NCBI GenBank assembly: GCA_034440375.1
Contig: JAWXBZ010000162.1
Span: 1 to 25,123 of the forward strand
DNA length: 25,123 nucleotides
Origin: Candidatus Eiseniibacteriota bacterium
Lineage (GTDB): Bacteria > Eisenbacteria > RBG-16-71-46 > JABDJR01 > JAWXBZ01
Reading direction: 5' to 3'
How positions within the stretch are numbered: the first letter of the stretch is position 1; the number at the start of each line of letters is the position of its first letter. Made by a program: the position numbers and the translations under genes. The notes below the pieces were generated by a model. It did not search any database and had not been told where the DNA came from. It saw only the letters and a program-made list of their open reading frames with translations. Shown piece by piece: positions 17,879 through 25,123 of the stretch.

Positions 17879-18394
17879 ATGAAGCTGCTGGTTGCGTTGA
17901 CACTCGGGCTGGTTCTGCTCGCGCCTCGTGACCTCTGCGCCTCGGCTATCGAGTGCCCGGTTGCCTCGGCCCAGGGCCGGAACGGCCCGGATGGCCGTGA
18001 GTTCATTCTGACGTTTCAGATCCCCGTGGGCCTTTCCGGTGGCGACATCGCAGGTGGGTTTCTACTGTTCGAGGGTGGTTTTCCCGATGGCATCGGTGTC
18101 TCGGCGGAAGTGATGAGCACCCCAACACCCGCAGCCGGAGCCCTTGAGGTGGCAACCTTGGTCGATGGTGTGCGAAATGGAACGATTGCCGTCGCGGAGT
18201 CCGTCGATGGCGCGTTCGAGTGTGGCTTCAAAGAAGTCGCATTCACCTCGATGGTCGATGGACAGGCGATAGAGATCCTGGTCCGCCCACTTTCACAGAG
18301 CCGGACACCGACCGCGGGAGTAGAACCTTACCTGGCTACGGCCCGACTCGTCCTGATATGCACCGATGAACCCGGAGCTCAGATCACCCGATGA
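17879..18394 (+). CDS. Secreted hypothetical protein (171 aa)
   Basis: GAGGAGG SD; clear signal peptide MKLLVALTLGLVLLAPRDLCA. Confidence 0.75.
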   Translation: MKLLVALTLGLVLLAPRDLCASAIECPVASAQGRNGPDGREFILTFQIPVGLSGGDIAGGFLLFEGGFPDGIGVSAEVMSTPTPAAGALEVATLVDGVRNGTIAVAESVDGAFECGFKEVAFTSMVDGQAIEILVRPLSQSRTPTAGVEPYLATARLVLICTDEPGAQITR

Positions 18395-18446
18395 CACCCT
18401 TCGCAGGCAGGTCTTGATGGATAACGTCGTGCACCGGACGCGGACC

Positions 18447-20921
18447 ATGCTTGGGCGGTGCCAAGTGAGACTTGCGGGCACTTTGTCGTTCCCACTTCTC
18501 TACCTGTTGCTTGTCGCAGCGGCTCCAAGAGCCGGCGAGCCGATAATCAGCTTTGGGCCCGAGGCCGCCATGCCCGGCGAGATCTTCAGCTATGGAGAGT
18601 ACCGCCACAAGCTCGAACACTCGCCCCAGGTGGTGTTTGACGGTGATCGTGGTATCGCCGTGTGGCATCTGGTGACCGGTGGTGCGGATGCCAACTGGGC
18701 ATACACTATGAATGGTGGTGCGACCTGGAACCGAGGAACCCAGCTCGATGGCATCGACCCCCACGACCAGTTTCACGGACCGCCTACGATCGTGGCAGAC
18801 GGCGACGGGCGTTTTCGCCTCGTTGCCCTCTACTTCATGGATTCTGTTTTCAGAACCCCTGATCGATACATCGGACCCTTGGCTTTTGTCCCAATCCGCC
18901 TCGAGGAGGATCAGGCGACAAACGGCCCTTGGCAATCCATTCCATATCAAGAGGGCACTTGGGCCACACAGTTACTTCGATCGGAGAGACTACCGGGTTC
19001 AGGTGATGTGGTCATGACTTACACCTATGTAACGGACTCGCCTGCGGGCCACTTGAATACCCAGGTGTTCTTCGCCTCCCTCCGGGATTCCGTGTGGAAT
19101 CAACCGATCGCCATTAGCAACCTTGCGTCTCAAGGTGGTCGGCCTTTGGCTGGACCGGACGGAGAATTGTACGTCGTCTGGAAGGATGTCGTCGCGGCCA
19201 AGATGGTGCTCCGCCGCTCAGACGATGGCGGCAGAAGTTTCGGACCCGAAATCGTGATTGGCGACGTCTACGACAATGAAACCAAAGTCCCGGGAAACTA
19301 TAGCTCAGAAGACGCCCTCTATCTACCGACCGACTATTGTGAACCGGCCACCTTGAACTTCCCCTCCGTCGCGATTGACAAGAGTCGTGGCCCCAATCGC
19401 GGAACGCTCTACGCCGTCTGGACTGACAGGCTTACGGGTGTGATCGATCCGGCAACGCGCGTTGTCTCGGAGGTTGAGCCAAACAACGTGAGTGCACAGG
19501 CCACGCCGATCGATGTTGGCGTTGATATTACCGGAAGGCATGTCTTTTCGGAGAGCGGTGGTGGTGATGGGGCGGATCTGTTCGCGTTCGTGGGAGCGGC
19601 CGGAACAACCATTTGGATTGACGGAATGGTCACGGGAGGTGGGGGGCCGTACCCCAAGTTTGGTGCGCCGATTGCTGTCTCCGGCTGCTTCGATGGCTCA
19701 GGCTCACACAAATTCACCGCCGACAAATCGTTCGGAATAAGCCGTGAACAACAACAGCCGCCCTTGGTTTTCACGATGCCTTCCGATGGGCGATACGAGT
19801 TGTCAATTGGGAGTCGATACGAGAGCTATAGCTACCGAATGAGGGTGCGTCGATTGAATCCAGGTCAAGGGTCAGTTGCCCGGGACAGTCGTGACGTCGT
19901 ACTGCTGGCCTCGCGTGACGGCGGGAAGACGTGGTCGCCAAAGGTGCTCGTCAATGATGATCCGCCCCTGTTCGACAATTATCTTCCAGAGGTGGAGGTT
20001 GACGATCTAGGCGTCGTTCACGTGACGTGGTTCGATCGCCGTAACGATCGGGCCTGCGGCGTCGATTACGATGTATTCTGGACCTGTTCTCTCGACGGTG
20101 GCCGAAGTTTTCTCGCGTCACGCCAAGTAAATGACTCGACTAATGTCGTCGGGAAGCCGATCCTCAATCGCCCCGGCGGGGAGACGTCGCCAAACTTCGG
20201 TCGCTTCCTTAATCTGTCGCCGGGCGGTTCCGGCGGAGGAATCTACGCCTCCTGGCCTCAGGCTGAGCCCCTGGTGACGTGGCAGGATCTCTACACAACC
20301 ACCGACCACGACATCCACGGCCGGCGCATCATCGTGACGCCCGATGTTGCTGTTGCGGAACTGCGGGCCATGGCGAACGCGTGGAACGTGCTCCTGGAGT
20401 GGCACGTGGCGGCGCCGGACTTTGTGTGGAAGTTTGAGATTCTGCGGGCCGGGGGGCCGGTTGGCGACCGCGTGGTCGTCGGTACTGTGGATGGGCAGTC
20501 GGGTACCGGCGGGATGTTCCGTTTCACGGATCCGGTTGGTGGAGCGGGCGGCGAATTCCAGTATCAGGTTCGGACGATCCTGACCGACGAGCGGGCTTTA
20601 ATGAGTAAACCATTGACGGTATCAGCGGCGGCGGTGCCGGCGGCGCCGGTGGTGAGGCCGGTGGCGCCGAATCCGTCAGGAAGCCCGGTTGACTTCGTGA
20701 TCGACTCACCGGCGTTTAATGACGCGACGGTTTGCGTGTTTGATGCCCGGGGAGCGGAGGTTCGCGTGCTTCATCGGGGACCGTTGGTGGTTGGAACGAG
20801 CCGGTTTACCTGGGATGGCCGGAACGGCGTGGGTAATCCAGTTCCATCCGGCATCTACTTTGCCACTGTCATCACCGGGGAGACTCGCCATTCCCGTAAG
20901 TTTGTTCGTGTGACAGATTGA
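18447..20921 (+). CDS. Secreted BNR/Asp-box (sialidase-fold) propeller protein with inserted PPC-like domain, FN3-like domain and FlgD-Ig-like C-terminal domain
   Basis: Asp boxes TMNGGATW, SDDGGRSF, SRDGGKTW, SLDGGRSF; EVEPNN...DLFAF...GRYEL module; terminal APNP...VFDARG...WDGRN...SGIYF. Start uncertain (18417 or 18447). Confidence 0.82.
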   Translation: MLGRCQVRLAGTLSFPLLYLLLVAAAPRAGEPIISFGPEAAMPGEIFSYGEYRHKLEHSPQVVFDGDRGIAVWHLVTGGADANWAYTMNGGATWNRGTQLDGIDPHDQFHGPPTIVADGDGRFRLVALYFMDSVFRTPDRYIGPLAFVPIRLEEDQATNGPWQSIPYQEGTWATQLLRSERLPGSGDVVMTYTYVTDSPAGHLNTQVFFASLRDSVWNQPIAISNLASQGGRPLAGPDGELYVVWKDVVAAKMVLRRSDDGGRSFGPEIVIGDVYDNETKVPGNYSSEDALYLPTDYCEPATLNFPSVAIDKSRGPNRGTLYAVWTDRLTGVIDPATRVVSEVEPNNVSAQATPIDVGVDITGRHVFSESGGGDGADLFAFVGAAGTTIWIDGMVTGGGGPYPKFGAPIAVSGCFDGSGSHKFTADKSFGISREQQQPPLVFTMPSDGRYELSIGSRYESYSYRMRVRRLNPGQGSVARDSRDVVLLASRDGGKTWSPKVLVNDDPPLFDNYLPEVEVDDLGVVHVTWFDRRNDRACGVDYDVFWTCSLDGGRSFLASRQVNDSTNVVGKPILNRPGGETSPNFGRFLNLSPGGSGGGIYASWPQAEPLVTWQDLYTTTDHDIHGRRIIVTPDVAVAELRAMANAWNVLLEWHVAAPDFVWKFEILRAGGPVGDRVVVGTVDGQSGTGGMFRFTDPVGGAGGEFQYQVRTILTDERALMSKPLTVSAAAVPAAPVVRPVAPNPSGSPVDFVIDSPAFNDATVCVFDARGAEVRVLHRGPLVVGTSRFTWDGRNGVGNPVPSGIYFATVITGETRHSRKFVRVTD

Positions 20922-20957
20922 GCATTCGGGCCTCATCCCGCGCCTCCGCGGAGTTTG

Positions 20958-21497
20958 TCAGGTGGTGCCCCTTGGCTTGCCCGGAGCCGGCGGGGAGGCC
21001 GGGGGCACTTCCTCGATCCGGGCCGTTGAATCCGTCTTCTTGATGGACCCCGCGCCGGCGCCCGACTTGATCATTTCGGCCACGTCGATATCGAAGTTCG
21101 ATTTCAGGAATTCCGCCATGGCCGCCATGCCGCCCCCCACATTGCCGACGAAGCGGTTGACGCCGGAGGCCAGCGGTTCCGCGAAGGCCCGGGCAATGTC
21201 CGGCAACCGCTCCACAACCATCTGCATCATGGCCGCCTCGCCGTAGGTTTTCAGGGCTTCGGCCTTCTTCATCATGGCTTCGGCTTCCGCCATCCCACGG
21301 GCCCGGATGGCGTCGGCCTCGGCCTGGCCGACCGTGCGGATGCGCTGGGATTCGGCCTCGGCGATCTGGGAAATCTTGGCGGCTTCACCGGTCCCCTGGA
21401 ATTCCAGCTCGCGGGAGGCCGCCTCGGCCAGCGCGACGCGACGTTGCTTTTCGCCCTCGGCGTGTAGGATCTGGGCGTTCTTTTCCCCCTCGGCCGG
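20958..21497 (-). pseudogene. C-terminal remnant of a flotillin (FloT/YuaG-like) gene
   Basis: The frame opens right after a TAA (21498-21500) with no start codon: PAEGEKNAQILHAEGEK...GQAEADAIRARGMAEAEAMMKKAEALKTYGEAA...LPDIARAFAEPL, the flotillin coiled-coil/C-terminal signature. The TM and SPFH domains are absent. Confidence 0.8.
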
Positions 21498-21513
21498 TTA
21501 GTCGCACGGCCGG

Positions 21514-21522
21514 TGATATAGT
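21514..21522 (+). promoter_or_regulatory. Putative extended -10 promoter for the DUF1028-trxB unit
   Basis: TG-a-TATAGT about 50 bp upstream of GGAG/ATG 21574. Confidence 0.4.
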
Positions 21523-21573
21523 TCCCCGGCCTGCCGCCGAAGGGTTGTTGTCCCACGACCGGAGAAATGCCCG

Positions 21574-22551
21574 ATGACTCGAACAATTGCCGCCGCCCTG
21601 CTCGGAAGCCTGTGCCTGTCGCCATCGGCCGCCTTTTCCGCCAAACCAATTGCCACCTTTTCGATCGTGGCCTGGGATTCGACCACCGGTGATCTTGGCG
21701 TCGCGGTGCAATCCAAGTTCTTCGCCGTCGGCGCGGTCGTCCCGTGGGCCAGGGCGGGTGTGGGCGCCGTGGCCACCCAGTCCTTCGGCAATACCACGTT
21801 CGGGCCGCGCGGACTGGAGATGCTGGCCGCCGGCCGCTCTCCGGGAGAAACCATGGAGGCGCTCCTGTCCGATGACGCCGGCCGGGCCCAACGGCAGGTC
21901 GGCATCGTCGACGCAGCCGGCCGTGCCGCGAGCTTCACCGGCGAGGGATGCATGGCGTGGGCCGGTGGCAAGGAAGGGGTTCACTACGCCGCGCAGGGAA
22001 ATATCCTGGCCGGTCCGGAGGTCGTGGCTGCCATGTCCCGTGCCTTCGAATCAACCGGCGGACTTCTCGGCGATCGATTGCTGGCCGCCCTCGATGCCGG
22101 ACAGGCGGCCGGCGGCGACAGCCGTGGCATGCAATCGGCCGCGCTCCTGGTTGTGCGCGACAAGGGTGGGTACGGCGGTTTCAACGACCGCTGGTGCGAT
22201 CTGCGAGTGGATGATGCCCCAAATCCTTTCGTTGAACTCCGGCGTCTATACAACCTGTGGAAGCCGAATGCGCTGATCCAGGAGGGGTACAAGGCGTGCG
22301 AGGCCGCCCAGTGGGACAAGGCTTTCGGCTTCGGCCGGGAGGCGCTGGTACTGGACAGTTCCTCGGGCGATCCGCAGTACCATCTCGGTTGCTACTATTC
22401 GAAGGCCGGGCGCGGGGCCGAGGCACTGGTTTGGCTGGCAGAGGCCGTGGCGCTCGATTCCGGTCACGGAAAGACGGCGGCAGGTGACAGCGACTATGCG
22501 CCGCTCCGCGACAATCCCGAATTCAAGAAACTGACCGGTACAGGAGATTAG
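21574..22551 (+). CDS. DUF1028 (Ntn-hydrolase-like) protein with signal peptide and C-terminal TPR
   Basis: TFSIVAWD...LGVAVQSKFFAVGAVVPW, RQVGIVD, QGNILAG, GGDSRGMQSAALLV, DLRVDD; C-terminal YHLGCYYS...AL-x-WL-x-x-AV TPR-like helix pair. Confidence 0.9.
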   Translation: MTRTIAAALLGSLCLSPSAAFSAKPIATFSIVAWDSTTGDLGVAVQSKFFAVGAVVPWARAGVGAVATQSFGNTTFGPRGLEMLAAGRSPGETMEALLSDDAGRAQRQVGIVDAAGRAASFTGEGCMAWAGGKEGVHYAAQGNILAGPEVVAAMSRAFESTGGLLGDRLLAALDAGQAAGGDSRGMQSAALLVVRDKGGYGGFNDRWCDLRVDDAPNPFVELRRLYNLWKPNALIQEGYKACEAAQWDKAFGFGREALVLDSSSGDPQYHLGCYYSKAGRGAEALVWLAEAVALDSGHGKTAAGDSDYAPLRDNPEFKKLTGTGD

Positions 22552-23493
22552 ATGCCGTCCAAGCTTGTCATCATCGGTTCCGGACCCGCGGCTCACACCG
22601 CGGCCATCTACGCCGCGCGGGCCTCGCTCACGCCCCTTCTCTTCGAGGGATTCATGGCCGGTGGCGTGGCGGCGGGGGGGCAGCTCACCACCACCACCGA
22701 GGTCGAAAACTACCCGGGCTTCCCCGAAGGGATCGACGGCAGCCATCTGATGGACCAGATGAGGAAACAGTCGCTCCGATTCGGGACGCAGATCCTGACG
22801 GAGACGGTGACGCGCGTGGATCTATCGAAACGCCCTTTCACGATCGTGACAGACGAACGCGAAGTGCCGGCTGATGCTGTCATCGTGGCTACCGGTGCCA
22901 CGGCGAAGCGTCTCAATGTGCCAGGCGAAGCGAAGCTCTGGCAGAACGGCATCTCCGCCTGCGCCGTCTGCGACGGCGCCCTCCCCATCTTTCGCAACAA
23001 GGTGCTGGCCGTCATCGGCGGCGGCGATACCGCCTGCGAGGAAGCCAGCCACCTCGCCAAGTTCGGGAGCGAAGTGCTGCTGATTCATCGCCGGGACGAA
23101 CTCCGTGCCTCGAAGATCATGCAGAAGAGGGTGTTCGACAATCCCAAAATCAAGCTGATCTGGGACACCACCCTCGAATCGGCGCATGGCGACGATCTGC
23201 TGCAATCGCTCACGCTTCGAAATCTCAAGACCGGCGAGGTCAGCACGATCGAAGTGGGCGGACTTTTCTACGCCATCGGCCACATCCCCAACACGGCGTT
23301 CCTGGCCGGTCAGCTGGCGCTGCACGCCAACGGCTATGTGATGACGACCCCCGGAACGACCGAAACGAACGTCCCCGGTGTCTTCGCCGCCGGTGATGTC
23401 CAGGATCACCGATACCGTCAGGCCGTCACGGCGGCCGGCTCGGGGTGTATGGCGGCACTCGAGGCGGAGGCCTGGCTGGCGGAAGAGGGGTAG
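22552..23493 (+). CDS. trxB: Thioredoxin-disulfide reductase
   Basis: [24 protein letters not shown], redox [49 protein letters not shown]. Confidence 0.97.
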   Translation: MPSKLVIIGSGPAAHTAAIYAARASLTPLLFEGFMAGGVAAGGQLTTTTEVENYPGFPEGIDGSHLMDQMRKQSLRFGTQILTETVTRVDLSKRPFTIVTDEREVPADAVIVATGATAKRLNVPGEAKLWQNGISACAVCDGALPIFRNKVLAVIGGGDTACEEASHLAKFGSEVLLIHRRDELRASKIMQKRVFDNPKIKLIWDTTLESAHGDDLLQSLTLRNLKTGEVSTIEVGGLFYAIGHIPNTAFLAGQLALHANGYVMTTPGTTETNVPGVFAAGDVQDHRYRQAVTAAGSGCMAALEAEAWLAEEG

Positions 23494-23511
23494 GGGAGCA
23501 AACCCCTGCCC
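23488..23511. terminator. GC-rich hairpin between convergent stop codons
   Basis: GGGTAGGGG-agcaaa-CCCCTGCCC spans the trxB stop and abuts the opposite gene's stop; no U-tract. Confidence 0.4.
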
Positions 23512-25123
23512 TACCGGAAGTTCGTCACCATCACTGCGTCCTGGGCTACGTCGCCGTAGACGAAGATGATGCGGCGGCCGTCGGGGGTCCAGCGGGCACT
23601 GAAGAGGTCCCCGGTCAGGAAGTGGGTGAGGCGAATCGGGTCGCCGCCGTCCATATCGACCAGCCAGAGGTTGCGGACATCCCCCTCGTAGCGGGTGATG
23701 GCGAGGCGCCGGCCATCAGGCGACAGGTTGTAGTCGGCGACCCGGCCGTCGGTGAAGCTTGTGAGCGGTGTGGTTGCCCCGGTGCGGATGTCGAAGCGGA
23801 AGACATTCGTCGCCGGATCGCTCCGGTCGATGAAAGCCAGGGTGTTGCTGTCCAGGATCCAGTCGACGTTCACCGCGCTGATCGGTAGTTCCGGCATGGA
23901 GACCAGGGATCCATCGTCCATTCGGCGCACAGTGTTTCGAATCCCCATGCTGGCTCCCACGCCACGGAACGCCCGGTAGACGAAGAGGCGGCCATCCGGC
24001 GAGATGTCGGCGCTGGGCCCGGCGCTGTCCTCGGTGAGCGTTTTCGGATCGCCGCCGTCCGCATTGATGCGGATGAGGCTCCGCACCCGGCCCCAGTTGC
24101 ACATGAGGATGGTGCGGCCGTCGGGAGAGACCTCGCACAGGATCTCGGTGGAACCCGTTCCGATTCGCCGGCGATTGGTTCCGTCCGCGTCGAATCGCCA
24201 GATCGAACTCGTGATTTTCCCATCCGACCGGTCAAAGCGCTGGACGAACCACGCCCCGGGCCGGCACAGGAAATAGAGGTCGTCGGCCAGGTCGTCACGG
24301 AACGATCGGGGCGCGGTGCCGTCCGGCGCGATGGCCGACAGGAACAGTCGCTCGTCGCCGGCGGCCTGGTAGACGACCGTCCCGTCGGCGAGCAACTGGA
24401 ATTCGTCGCCGACCGCGTTGTCGCTGCCCGAGGTGAACGTCAGTTGCCTGGACGGCGTGGCCGGCGCGTCCGGATCCAGGCTCCAGAGGTTGGAGGTGAT
24501 CGAGACCCGGAGTGCCGCGACCTGGCGGCCATCGGCCGACGCGCTGACGTCCGAGTACTGGTCCATCCCGGCCACGAGGCGGCGTGACTTGCCGTCGCCG
24601 ATCGATACGACATGCATGGAGTAGCGGACGGAACCGGCGTTGATGAGGCCGGCGACGACCATTTCCCGGTTACCGGGCAACCAGACCATCCGGGCCTCCC
24701 TCGGGTCGGTCACCGCGAATTGCGGGACGCGCCGCACCTTCCCCGATGCGACGTCGACCAGGGCGATCCCGTAATCCGAATCCGCCTGGCCGGTGGAGTG
24801 AATGATGGCCATCAGCTTCCCATCCGGACTCCACTCCGGTTCCAGGTTTACCTGCTCCGGTTCAGCAAAGCGGATGAGGCGGCGCGCCTGACCGGTGGCG
24901 ATGTTCAGGATCTGGATCTCGGCAGCCTGCTCATTTGGCAGTCCCCGCCCGAAGGCCAGTTCCGTTCCGTCGGGACTGAAGGAAACCTGCGAGTCGACAT
25001 CGTAGATGAGCTTCGTGGCCTGGCCCCCGAGCGACGGAATGCGGTACAGGCCCCGAAACCCCGGGTGCTCGGGGTCCGGCGCCAGGTAGAAGAGGTAGTC
25101 CCCGTCGGGGGAGAAGCAGAAGC
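23511..25123 (-). CDS. TolB-like/PD40 beta-propeller protein, 5'-truncated by the window edge
   Basis: Read by hand, the frame stays open from the right edge (FSPDGDYLFY...LYRIPSLGGQATKLIYDVDSQVSFSPDG...WSPDGKLMA) through the ORF-track call; many SPDG repeats. The N-terminal domain (often a Ser/Thr kinase or winged helix in such proteins) is not visible. Confidence 0.88.
   Translation of the reverse strand, partial: FCFSPDGDYLFYLAPDPEHPGFRGLYRIPSLGGQATKLIYDVDSQVSFSPDGTELAFGRGLPNEQAAEIQILNIATGQARRLIRFAEPEQVNLEPEWSPDGKLMAIIHSTGQADSDYGIALVDVASGKVRRVPQFAVTDPREARMVWLPGNREMVVAGLINAGSVRYSMHVVSIGDGKSRRLVAGMDQYSDVSASADGRQVAALRVSITSNLWSLDPDAPATPSRQLTFTSGSDNAVGDEFQLLADGTVVYQAAGDERLFLSAIAPDGTAPRSFRDDLADDLYFLCRPGAWFVQRFDRSDGKITSSIWRFDADGTNRRRIGTGSTEILCEVSPDGRTILMCNWGRVRSLIRINADGGDPKTLTEDSAGPSADISPDGRLFVYRAFRGVGASMGIRNTVRRMDDGSLVSMPELPISAVNVDWILDSNTLAFIDRSDPATNVFRFDIRTGATTPLTSFTDGRVADYNLSPDGRRLAITRYEGDVRNLWLVDMDGGDPIRLTHFLTGDLFSARWTPDGRRIIFVYGDVAQDAVMVTNFR

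Overview
A GC-rich bacterial chromosomal window with about 20 genes and no recognisable rRNA, tRNA, CRISPR array or transposase. In order: the 3' part of a 2-oxoacid:ferredoxin oxidoreductase beta subunit; a ~400 bp intergenic gap holding a strongly structured minus-strand RNA candidate; a sensor kinase/OmpR-family regulator pair; a divergent M15A peptidase (MepK/YcbK-like) and L,D-transpeptidase (LdtD/YcbB-like) pair; a methyltransferase plus FAD oxidoreductase; a second methyltransferase; an S9 peptidase; a HEAT-repeat protein and a small exported protein; a secreted copper-radical oxidase (AA5-like); citrate synthase; a patch of probably secreted proteins; a flotillin remnant; a DUF1028-TPR protein; thioredoxin reductase; and a TolB-like propeller running off the right edge. 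Three proteins end in the same FlgD-Ig-like C-terminal domain, which suggests an FCB-group-like organism (inference only). The two best leads are (1) a ~250 nt five-hairpin ncRNA candidate with its own terminator, divergent from the two-component operon and separated from it by phased GTAAA-like repeats, and (2) a copper-radical oxidase with a complete second Kelch propeller inserted in the loop that covers the active site. All family assignments come from reading motifs by eye; no searches were run.
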